This document shows positions 8,807 through 17,233 of a stretch of DNA of 64,000 nt, piece after piece. The stretch is from an uncultured Clostridia bacterium (GTDB lineage: Bacteria; Bacillota; Clostridia; TANB77; CAG-508), in NCBI GenBank assembly GCA_934169575.1, contig CAKPOA010000006.1, positions 457 through 64,456 of the forward strand, written 5' to 3'. Numbering within the stretch: position 1 is the stretch's first letter; every line of letters starts with the position of its first letter. The notes under the pieces are model-generated. The model did no database searches. It saw only the letters and a list, made by a program, of their open reading frames with translations, and had not been told where the DNA came from. The position numbers and the translations under genes were made by a program.

Positions 8807-10177
8807 TTATGACCCTGATGGTAAATATAAATCAAACAAGAAGTTACCGAAATATAGTTGAATCATTGGAACAAGTACAACAATTACAAATATAATCAAT
8901 ACTATACCAACAATTGCGTAAAGCACTTGAGGTAAAACTTTTGTAATAGTTTCAATAGTATTATTAATATCAAATTCCATGTAATCAACCAATTTATCCA
9001 TCATTTCTGGTAAATCAGTTTGCATACCTATTTTAAGCATTTCAATACACATAGGTGATGCCAAACCTGAAGTTTCAAAAGGTTCAATCCATTGTTCACC
9101 AATTAAAACATTGTTTATGGCTTTTTCAATAATTGAAAGCATAACATAATTATTTACAACATTTTTACTAATATCTAAAGCCTCTTGAACCCTCATACCA
9201 TTTCTTAAATTAAGTAACAGTGCTTTCATCAATCTTGAAAAATCGATTGAGAAAATAAGTTTTCCAAATAAAGGCATTGTATATTTAAAATAATGATATT
9301 TGTATTTACCTTTTGGAGTTTGAATATAAAGTACAATTGCAGCAATAATTGCTACTAATATTGCTACTGGAATTGGCCAGTAAGTAATTATCGCATTTAT
9401 AACATCTTGGAAAACAAGTGTTGCTTTTGGTATAACTTTATCTGTTTGAGCTCCTAACTCTTCAATTACAGATTCTACTTCTGGAAGAGCATATAATCCA
9501 CCTACAAAAAGCATAATTATTAAAAGTACAAATTGTAATAAATTAGGTATTAATATATTTCTTAATTTTTTACTTAAAAGTGTATTACTATCTAAATATT
9601 CAACTGCTTGTTTTAGTGAATTTTCAAGTGAACCTGAAAGTTCTCCAACTCTTATCATATTAACATATATATATGGAAATACTTCTGGATAATATTCCAT
9701 TGTTTTATACATATAATCTCCAGATTCAACACCTGCTAAAATATCTTCTAATATTCCAACTAAAACCATATTTTCAGTTCCTTCAATTATTGTTGATAAA
9801 GCATGAACATTATTAAAGTTTGCCTTTTTAAGTAAATAGAAATTTTGAGTAAATACAACTAAATCTCTTTGAGATACTTTTGTAGAAAAAGATGTTGAAC
9901 CCAAATATTCTTTCACATTAGAAAATGTAGTATTTTTTCTTTCTGCTCTTTGATTTATTTGTGTTGTATTTAATTGTTTTATTAATTCTTGTGCATTTGT
10001 AGCATTTCTTTTTTTCTTTTTAGCCGTTGTTGTTCTTCTCATTACTGTTGAAATATCTATTGGTGATAAATCATTTGACTTCAACTTTCTAAATAAAGCA
10101 AGTTTACTTGTCTCTTCAACCCTATTTCTAACAATTTTCCCATATTTATCAACAGCTCTATAAGTATATGTTGGCAT
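8807..10177 (-). CDS. pilC: Type IV pilus platform protein PilC (GspF family)
   Basis: Duplicated GspF-type repeats with TM segments. Last gene of the pilB-pilT-pilC block. AGGAGG RBS. Confidence 0.85.
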   Translation of the reverse strand: MPTYTYRAVDKYGKIVRNRVEETSKLALFRKLKSNDLSPIDISTVMRRTTTAKKKKRNATNAQELIKQLNTTQINQRAERKNTTFSNVKEYLGSTSFSTKVSQRDLVVFTQNFYLLKKANFNNVHALSTIIEGTENMVLVGILEDILAGVESGDYMYKTMEYYPEVFPYIYVNMIRVGELSGSLENSLKQAVEYLDSNTLLSKKLRNILIPNLLQFVLLIIMLFVGGLYALPEVESVIEELGAQTDKVIPKATLVFQDVINAIITYWPIPVAILVAIIAAIVLYIQTPKGKYKYHYFKYTMPLFGKLIFSIDFSRLMKALLLNLRNGMRVQEALDISKNVVNNYVMLSIIEKAINNVLIGEQWIEPFETSGLASPMCIEMLKIGMQTDLPEMMDKLVDYMEFDINNTIETITKVLPQVLYAIVGIVLIIFVIVVLVPMIQLYFGNFLFDLYLPSGS

Positions 10178-10189
10178 TTTAACCTCCTA

Positions 10190-11311
10190 CTAATTTTTAT
10201 TTTGGTCATGATCATTTTTTTTAATTTTCATCTGCATTATTGTTCTATTTAATATTGGTAAATTCTTTTCCTCTATTTGTGATTTTGCCTGATCTAAGGT
10301 TAATTTTCCTTCAACAAATAGATTTGCAAGTGAATTTATAAGTCCTATACTTCCGATTTGAGATCCACTTTGTATTGCATCTTCAATTTCAGCTATGCTT
10401 ATTTTATCTTTTCTTATAATTCCCGCAACAACATTATCAACAACCATTACCTCTGGAACCATTATTAATGAATTTCCATCAACACTTGGTAATAATCTTT
10501 GAGATACAACTAATTTTAATAATGAACCTATTAAATATTTAATCTGTGCTTGATCCCTAACTTCATAGAAGTTTATCATTCTATCAATTGTTTCAGCACA
10601 AGATTTTGTATGAAGTGTACCTATTACTAAATGTCCAGATTCAGCCATTTCTATTGCTGCTTCCATTGTTTCTTTATCACGAATTTCTCCTATTACAAGT
10701 ACATCACAATCTTCCCTTAATGAATTTTTTACACCTGCACTATATGTCAAAGAATCTTTTCCTCTTCCTACTTCTTTTTGAACAATTAAACATTTTTTTG
10801 ATGTATGTTTATATTCAACTGGAGATTCAAGAGTAAGGATTTTTTTATTTTGATTTTCATTTATATAATTAATTAAAGCATTTAATGTTGTTGTTTTACC
10901 AGAGTTTGTTTTACCAGTAACTAATATTAGTCCTTGAGTTTGATATGTCATCCTTCTTACAATATCAGGTACTCCTAATTCTTCATATTCAGGTAATTCA
11001 TTTTTTATAATTCTGAGAGTTGCAACAGGCATACTATCAGTATGTGAAATATTAACCCTAAATCTTAATCCTGCATGTTCATATGATGTATCTAATTGTC
11101 TTGTAGTTTTATATATGTCATCTTCATCAATATTTCCTTTTACAAGATAATCATATATTTCTAGCATATCATCTTCTGTTAATTCTCTTGCTTTTTCAAC
11201 AGGAACTAATTTTCTTGCAATTCTAAGTGTTGGTTTATTACCTGGTATAAGATGAATGTCTGATGCATTCATTGCAATTGCATACTCTAAAATCTTATTC
11301 ATATTTAACAT
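10190..11311 (-). CDS. pilT: Type IV pilus retraction ATPase PilT
   Basis: Walker A GKTNSGKTT, VLVIGEIRD, His-box TLHT. Size and lack of a long N-domain fit PilT rather than PilB. Start set to ATG 11311 behind an AGGAG RBS. Confidence 0.8.
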   Translation of the reverse strand: MLNMNKILEYAIAMNASDIHLIPGNKPTLRIARKLVPVEKARELTEDDMLEIYDYLVKGNIDEDDIYKTTRQLDTSYEHAGLRFRVNISHTDSMPVATLRIIKNELPEYEELGVPDIVRRMTYQTQGLILVTGKTNSGKTTTLNALINYINENQNKKILTLESPVEYKHTSKKCLIVQKEVGRGKDSLTYSAGVKNSLREDCDVLVIGEIRDKETMEAAIEMAESGHLVIGTLHTKSCAETIDRMINFYEVRDQAQIKYLIGSLLKLVVSQRLLPSVDGNSLIMVPEVMVVDNVVAGIIRKDKISIAEIEDAIQSGSQIGSIGLINSLANLFVEGKLTLDQAKSQIEEKNLPILNRTIMQMKIKKNDHDQNKN

Positions 11312-11324
11312 AATCTTTACTCCT

Positions 11325-12971
11325 TTATTCATTATTAAAAATTAATAATTTTTTATCTATTTCTTGTAGATTTGTATATCCATTAATTACTTTTTGGATA
11401 CCATCTACAACTAAAGGTTTATATCCTTCTTTTATAGCTTGTTTCCTAATCTCAATACTTGATGCTCCAGACATTATCATTTCTTTTATATTTTCAGTTA
11501 CATTCACAACTTCAAAAATACCTTTTCTTCCATAATATCCTGAATAATTACAATACTCACACCCTACAGCATCATATGTTTTGGAATTTTTAGTATCAAA
11601 TTCACCCCCATATTTTTCACCAATTTTTGCTATTACTTCTTTCTCAAAATCATTAAATGGGCGTTCTTTCATACATTTTGGGCATAGAGTTCTTACTAGT
11701 CTTTGAGATATTGTTGTAGCTAAAGTAGTTGCTATATCATAATCTGCAACTCCCATTTTTCTTAATCTGGTTATTACTTCAATTGCATCAATCGTATGAA
11801 TTGTTGATAATACATAATGTCCTGTTTGGCTAGCTTGTATAGCTATTTCTGCTGTTTCTCTATCACGAATTTCTCCTACAAGAATAACATCTGGATCTTG
11901 TCTTAAAATTGTTCTTAAACTTGCTGAGAAACTAACATTTTTTTCAACCTCGATTTGATTTAACCCAGGTATTCTAATTTCAACTGGATCTTCAATTGTT
12001 GTTATATTTATATCATCACTTTTTAAATAGTCTAAAATACTATATAATGTTGTTGTTTTACCTTCACCTGTTGGAGCTGCAATTATTGTTAAACTATTTT
12101 TCTTATTTATTGATTTATCCAATTCTTTTTCATCATATGGATATCCTAATTCAAAAATACTTTTTACATCAGAATTCTTTTTTAATAATCTTAAAACAAA
12201 TTTTTCACCATATATATTTTTTTGTGATGATACACGAATATTATAATCTGGATATAGCAAAATTCTACCATCTTGTGAATTCTGTTTTTCTTGGAACATA
12301 TTTGATATAGCTTTTAATCTTCCAATTAATTGAGGTTGTTTTTCTTTTTCAATTGTTGTAATTACAAATAAATTACCATCAATTCTAAATCTAACTCTTA
12401 CATTATCTGCTTGTGGTTCAATATGAATATCACTTGCTCTTTTTTCAATTGCAAGTTTTATAATACTATCTAATAATTCTGTAACATTGTCAGATGTATC
12501 AAGATCTTCCATTTTCTTTTTACTGTTTTCTTCATATTTTTCAAGCATTTCTTCAACATTTGTTTGAAATGCTATATATGGGTCAACAACTAATCCTTTA
12601 TTTAACATAAGCATTTTTATGCTTTTAATATTTTCATCTTTATTTGTTATATCTGCAAATGCAACTTTTATTTTTCCAGATTCAATCCCATATGGTATAG
12701 CTAAATTTTTTTTCATTAAATCTATCGGAATATAATTTGTAGGTTCAATTGTTATATCATTTTGTTGTAAATAAACTCCTTTTCTTCCTAAAATATCACT
12801 TATTTCTTCTATTAGAATCTTCGGATCTGTTGCTTTTAAAATATATAATATATCACCGATTTTTCTATTATGATGTTTTTCTTGATATGCTAATGCATTT
12901 TCAATATCTTCTGCAGTAACTACTCTTCTTTTTACTAACTCAATACCTAAAGGTTGTTTTCTTTTATCCAT
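11325..12971 (-). CDS. pilB: Type IV pilus assembly ATPase PilB (GspE family)
   Basis: GspE N-terminal region, Walker A APTGEGKTT, LVGEIRD, TIHT, and a C-terminal tetracysteine CPKC...CEYC. Confidence 0.9.
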   Translation of the reverse strand: MDKRKQPLGIELVKRRVVTAEDIENALAYQEKHHNRKIGDILYILKATDPKILIEEISDILGRKGVYLQQNDITIEPTNYIPIDLMKKNLAIPYGIESGKIKVAFADITNKDENIKSIKMLMLNKGLVVDPYIAFQTNVEEMLEKYEENSKKKMEDLDTSDNVTELLDSIIKLAIEKRASDIHIEPQADNVRVRFRIDGNLFVITTIEKEKQPQLIGRLKAISNMFQEKQNSQDGRILLYPDYNIRVSSQKNIYGEKFVLRLLKKNSDVKSIFELGYPYDEKELDKSINKKNSLTIIAAPTGEGKTTTLYSILDYLKSDDINITTIEDPVEIRIPGLNQIEVEKNVSFSASLRTILRQDPDVILVGEIRDRETAEIAIQASQTGHYVLSTIHTIDAIEVITRLRKMGVADYDIATTLATTISQRLVRTLCPKCMKERPFNDFEKEVIAKIGEKYGGEFDTKNSKTYDAVGCEYCNYSGYYGRKGIFEVVNVTENIKEMIMSGASSIEIRKQAIKEGYKPLVVDGIQKVINGYTNLQEIDKKLLIFNNE

Positions 12972-12986
12972 AATTATTCTTCCTCC

Positions 12987-13247
12987 TTATATTTTAAATT
13001 GATCATTATATGTTATATCATTTATCACAACTGTTATTTTCAAAATCTTATCTGTATCTGAATAATTAAATATACAACTTTTAATACCAGAACATAATTC
13101 GATTTTTTTCTCTACTGTCCCATTTTTGTCTATAACTAAATAAAAAACATTATGATTTTTATTATTATATATATATTGATGTAATTTTTCATTTGAAAAA
13201 TATATGTTTATATATTGTGTATTTTCTGTTTGTCCGTGAATCTGCAC
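12987..13247 (-). CDS. Hypothetical protein. Possibly the 3' portion of a frameshifted minor pilin.
   Basis: ORF with a GTG start that overlaps the preceding pseudopilin ORF by 59 nt in another frame. No independent RBS seen. Confidence 0.3.
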   Translation of the reverse strand: MQIHGQTENTQYINIYFSNEKLHQYIYNNKNHNVFYLVIDKNGTVEKKIELCSGIKSCIFNYSDTDKILKITVVINDITYNDQFKI

Positions 13248-13449
13248 TTAATACATTACTTGAATTAACATCTGTTGTTATATATGATAACATTCTTGAA
13301 TATTGTTCATTTGTATTATTTGATATTATTAATTCATCTGAATTTCTATAAAAATATTTTGTAAATGTTGATATTACCCCTGTGACTATTAATAATACTA
13401 TTACATAAACAAGAAGTGATGTTAATGTTAATCCTTTATTTGATTTCAT
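13189..13449 (-). CDS. Pseudopilin-like protein (class III signal peptide-like N-terminus)
   Basis: MKSNKG/LTLTSLLVYVIVLLIVTGVI: a short basic leader, Gly, then a ~20-aa hydrophobic helix. Lies within the pilus operon. Confidence 0.5.
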   Translation of the reverse strand: MKSNKGLTLTSLLVYVIVLLIVTGVISTFTKYFYRNSDELIISNNTNEQYSRMLSYITTDVNSSNVLSADSRTNRKYTIYKHIFFK

Positions 13450-13462
13450 AATTAACTCCTTT

Positions 13463-13915
13463 TTAACTAATTGCTGTTGATAATTCTATTTTTTGTTCTT
13501 TTCCACCTGATAAATATGTTACAATAACTTTTACTTGTTTTGCCTTATTTTGAGCTACTGTGTCATCTATTTCATTATAGTCCTGAATAGTTATTGTTAA
13601 ATTATAATTGACATCATCTTTTGATATATTTATTATTCCATCTGTTGTATTTGAATTTTGCTGAATTTCGGCGGAATATAAATTTGTTATTTCTTTTTCC
13701 ATATTTTCTAATGTTAAATCTTTCGTACCTATTCCTTTTGCAGTTTCCATTACATTTACAGCAAAATTCAGTGCTTTTGATTTTCTTTCTACATTTTTAT
13801 TTTCTTTATTTATATTGTATATCATTGCAGTTATTGTTGGAATAAATATTAATAAAATTATGATTGCAATTGATGTATCTACACCTACAAATCCCTTATT
13901 ATTTTTTATTTTCAT
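13463..13915 (-). CDS. Minor pilin-like protein
   Basis: MKIKNNKG/FVGVDTSIAIIILLIFIPTI leader plus hydrophobic helix. Start set to ATG 13915 behind a GAAAGGAAA RBS. Confidence 0.55.
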   Translation of the reverse strand: MKIKNNKGFVGVDTSIAIIILLIFIPTITAMIYNINKENKNVERKSKALNFAVNVMETAKGIGTKDLTLENMEKEITNLYSAEIQQNSNTTDGIINISKDDVNYNLTITIQDYNEIDDTVAQNKAKQVKVIVTYLSGGKEQKIELSTAIS

Positions 13916-13932
13916 ATAGTTTCCTTTCAAAT

Positions 13933-14745
13933 TTACTTTATAAACCAATTATTTATAAACATTACCATTATTAGTACAATTACATTTGAAATACCTAATA
14001 AAAATCCTATTGGTAAATTATTGTCTTTATGTTCTTTTTTATTTTTGTTTGATTTTTCTTTTATTTTTTCTATCAAAATATCTGTTACTAATACTAATAG
14101 TGCATATATTAGTGTTAATATTGTCACTCCTTCTCCTGTAAATATCACCATTATTATTACTAACATTAATGTTGATATAAAATAGCTTTCTTTTGCTTTA
14201 TTTTTTAATAATATTGTGTCTATTATTAATAAAATTATTATTGCACTTAGATACATTACATATCTATATATACTAATATTATCTATTATACATAGATATA
14301 TTATGTATATTGCTAATATTCCTAAAGCATAATATATTACACTTTTTTCTATGTGCCTTTTTTCTTTATCTATACCTGCTATTAAAAATATAGCTACTAA
14401 ATACAATACTAAAAAGGCAAATTTTATTATTACATCTATATTAAAATTATATATGTCTATTTTTAGTGAAAGTGCTAATAATACAAATGTTAATCCAGAT
14501 AAAATCTCAAGTATTAAATATCTTGGTCTTATTTTTTGTTTACAATTTTTGCATTTTCCTCCTAAAAATATATAACTCCATATTGGTATTAGTTCAAAAA
14601 ATCCTAATTTATGATTACAATTTGGACAAAATGAATGTGTTTTTACAATATCTATTTTTTCTGGTATTCTATATATTGCTAAAGTATAAAAACTTCCAAA
14701 CAGTGTTCCCATTGTAAAAATTATTATATATAATATTATGTTCAT
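13933..14745 (-). CDS. pilD: Prepilin peptidase (A24 family, PilD-like)
   Basis: Paired CxxC motifs (CPNCNHKL...CKNCKQKI) after the first TM, multiple TM helices, an AGIDKEK Asp motif, and operon position. Confidence 0.75.
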   Translation of the reverse strand: MNIILYIIIFTMGTLFGSFYTLAIYRIPEKIDIVKTHSFCPNCNHKLGFFELIPIWSYIFLGGKCKNCKQKIRPRYLILEILSGLTFVLLALSLKIDIYNFNIDVIIKFAFLVLYLVAIFLIAGIDKEKRHIEKSVIYYALGILAIYIIYLCIIDNISIYRYVMYLSAIIILLIIDTILLKNKAKESYFISTLMLVIIMVIFTGEGVTILTLIYALLVLVTDILIEKIKEKSNKNKKEHKDNNLPIGFLLGISNVIVLIMVMFINNWFIK

Positions 14746-14821
14746 TTTTCTGCCTTTCTCTTATTTTCTTTTTATTTTATTAAAAGCATATGCATATAGC
14801 ATGCATATGCTTTTATATTAA

Positions 14822-15316
14822 TTATTCCCAAGAAATAACTCCATTAGATATAGTTCCTGTTACAGTTGTTCCATCTGAATATTTTAAAACAATTGAACCA
14901 CCAACAGCTTCTGTATCAGAAGTTGCACTTGTTATTGCAGTTCCTGTAGCATTTTTTACAACTAAACCATCTGCTGTATTTCCTAAAATAGTTTCAATTT
15001 CTGATTTTGCACCTAATACTGATTTACGTATTTGTGTGTCTATTTTTGCATTTATTGTAGCAGCACCAGCTCCATTTTCAACATATACATTTTGATATGT
15101 GTCATGAACAGCTTCCGTAGCTAATAATGCGCATTTATCTTTTGCAGCACCTAATTGGTTTGCAGCAGCACCTGCTCCTGCTTTACTTATAATTCCATCT
15201 TGTCCAGATATCATAGCAATTGAGATACCTGCTAATATTATTAATACAATAATTGTGATAACAAGTGCTATTAATGTGATACCACCATTACCTTTTAATT
15301 TTAAACTTTTTTCCAT
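14822..15316 (-). CDS. Type IV pilin paralog 1
   Basis: MEKSLKLKGNGG/ITLIALVITIIVLIILAGISIA class III-like signal. GAGGTGG RBS before ATG 15316. Shares 56 consecutive identical residues with the next gene. Confidence 0.7.
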   Translation of the reverse strand: MEKSLKLKGNGGITLIALVITIIVLIILAGISIAMISGQDGIISKAGAGAAANQLGAAKDKCALLATEAVHDTYQNVYVENGAGAATINAKIDTQIRKSVLGAKSEIETILGNTADGLVVKNATGTAITSATSDTEAVGGSIVLKYSDGTTVTGTISNGVISWE

Positions 15317-15349
15317 TATTCTTTCCACCTCATTATTTTTTAGAAGTTT

Positions 15350-15901
15350 TTATTTTGTTGTGTCTCCATCTTTCCAAGTAATAACTCCATTTGCGATTTC
15401 ACCTGTTACAGTTGTTCCATCTGAATATTTTAAAACAATTTTATCAGCTTTCTTTAGAGCAGCTGTATCTGTTGTTTTAGTTGGAGCATCTGCTGGAACA
15501 GTAGCGCTTGCAACTGCAGCTCCAGTAGCATCATAAACTGTAAGTCCATCAGTTGTGTTGCCCAAAATTTTTTCAATTTCACTTTTTGCTCCAAAAGTTT
15601 TTGCTTCTAATGTAGCATTTATTGTATCAGTTATTTTAGCAGCTACCAATTTATGTTTTACATATACTTGATCATATACATCATTAACTGATTCAGCTGC
15701 TAATAATGTGCATTTATCTTTTGCAGCACCTAATTGGTTTGCAGCAGCACCTGCTCCGGCTTTACTTATGATTCCATCTTGTCCAGATATCATAGCAATT
15801 GAGATACCAGCTAATATTATTAATACGATAATTGTGATAACAAGTGCTATTAATGTGATACCACCATTACCTTTTAATGCTATACTTTTGTTTTCTTTCA
15901 T
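15350..15901 (-). CDS. Type IV pilin paralog 2
   Basis: MKENKSIALKGNGG/ITLIALVITIIVL... GGGGGG RBS before ATG 15901. The N-terminus and the C-terminal VLKYSDGTTVTG.I.NGVI.W are conserved with paralog 1, and the middle is divergent. Confidence 0.7.
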   Translation of the reverse strand: MKENKSIALKGNGGITLIALVITIIVLIILAGISIAMISGQDGIISKAGAGAAANQLGAAKDKCTLLAAESVNDVYDQVYVKHKLVAAKITDTINATLEAKTFGAKSEIEKILGNTTDGLTVYDATGAAVASATVPADAPTKTTDTAALKKADKIVLKYSDGTTVTGEIANGVITWKDGDTTK

Positions 15902-15979
15902 TTTTTTCCCCCCTTTTCTTATTAAATATTTATCATGAGTATATTTATTTTTCAATAAATATAACTTTAATAACTGGGT

Positions 15980-16471
15980 TTATTTTCCGTTTGTATTTTT
16001 ATCTTTTGTACTTTCAAAATTTTTGTCTTTTGCATTTGAATCGTTTTTGTCTTTTGCATTTGAATCGTTTTTGTCTTTTGTATTTGTTGATTTGTTATCT
16101 GTTGTATTATTTGAATTTTCATTAGTAGCTGTTCCACTACCATTACTGCTATTAGTATTAGAATTATTGTCTGTAGCAACTTTTGCAAATGGGTTTGATT
16201 TACCAGGTACATATTCTTTAACACTTTCGTAATTTTTCAAATCTGATTTTGTAACCTCATATTCTCCACCCTCATATGTTAATAATACATCATTATCTGT
16301 ATTATCAATATTATCTGCAAGTAATTCTGTTACTGTATCTGATGCCTTATATGTTGCAACTTCTGGTATTATTTTTCTAGCTGGTAAATAGTTATAAAAT
16401 ATAACTGCTAATAATAACATAGTTATTAAACATACAAGTAATAAAATAATAATTTCCTTTACGACTTTCAA
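15980..16471 (-). CDS. Single-pass membrane protein with low-complexity Asn/Lys/Asp tail (pilus-operon member)
   Basis: N-terminal TM IIILLLVCLITMLLLAVIF. C-terminal tandem KDKNDSNA repeats. No family recognised. Confidence 0.5.
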   Translation of the reverse strand: MKVVKEIIILLLVCLITMLLLAVIFYNYLPARKIIPEVATYKASDTVTELLADNIDNTDNDVLLTYEGGEYEVTKSDLKNYESVKEYVPGKSNPFAKVATDNNSNTNSSNGSGTATNENSNNTTDNKSTNTKDKNDSNAKDKNDSNAKDKNFESTKDKNTNGK

Positions 16472-16513
16472 ATTAATGCACTCCTTTCTTTTTTAGACAA
16501 AACTAATTTGCAT

Positions 16514-17233
16514 TTATTGCGCAATATTGTTATTTTTTGTTGCATTAGTTGTATTTGTATTTCCTGTTGCATTAGTTGTATTTGTATTTCCTGTTGTATT
16601 AGTTGTGTTTGTTGTATTTGAATTATCATCTGCTGTTTGTGATTGAGTTGTTGTTTTAGTTGTAATTTCAATATCTATTTTTATTTCTGTACAACTAAAT
16701 GTTGCTTTTACACCATTTGTATCTGATATCATTTTAAATTTTTCAACTTTAAATCCTAATTTTGAATCATTTTCAATATCGTATATAAATTGAGTAACAT
16801 CTGGATAATCACCTGTTACAGTAAAATTCAAATCATATCTTCCTGAAATTTGACTTGCTGTTACTTCAATTTTTATATCTACATCATTATCTTTCGCATA
16901 ATTTCCAATTTTGGTCCACAAAAATTCTATTTCATATTGTTCAGTTTGCATATGTCTATCTTTATCGCTTAATAACAAAGCTTTATTCTCATATTCTGAT
17001 TTAGTTTTTTGCATTGTTTCTGCTGAGCTTTCTAAAGTTTTTACTGCACTTGGATATTTTGTACCTACAAGATCTGAGAGTTGGGCATTTGACGAATCTA
17101 TTTCTTCATCTTTATTTATTATTTGTTTAACTCCCCAAATATCAATGTTTTTCATTTCAATTCCATTAGAAATTGCAATTCCAGTAAGTACTGTTACTAA
17201 AATTAAAATCAATATAAATAATACTTTTCTCAT
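16514..17233 (-). CDS. PilO-like pilus assembly protein
   Basis: N-terminal TM, a coiled-coil segment, position immediately after pilM/N, and a 4-nt overlap with it. Thr/Asn-rich repeat tail. Confidence 0.5.
   Translation of the reverse strand: MRKVLFILILILVTVLTGIAISNGIEMKNIDIWGVKQIINKDEEIDSSNAQLSDLVGTKYPSAVKTLESSAETMQKTKSEYENKALLLSDKDRHMQTEQYEIEFLWTKIGNYAKDNDVDIKIEVTASQISGRYDLNFTVTGDYPDVTQFIYDIENDSKLGFKVEKFKMISDTNGVKATFSCTEIKIDIEITTKTTTQSQTADDNSNTTNTTNTTGNTNTTNATGNTNTTNATKNNNIAQ

Noticed and set aside
13933-14745. Claiming the prepilin peptidase is catalytically inactive because GxGD appears as TGEGV.
   Set aside because: My by-eye alignment of the polytopic region is unreliable, and the second Asp may lie elsewhere. 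It is mentioned only as something to check.
14790-16671. Multiple overlapping ORFs in alternative frames or strands across the pilin and repeat-tail region (14790-15095, 15255-15536, 15708-15938, 15877-16125, 15967-16224, 16023-16232, 16468-16671).
   Set aside because: All are nested in, or antisense to, better-supported genes that have RBSs and pilin or membrane features. Several arise from the low-complexity tandem repeats.
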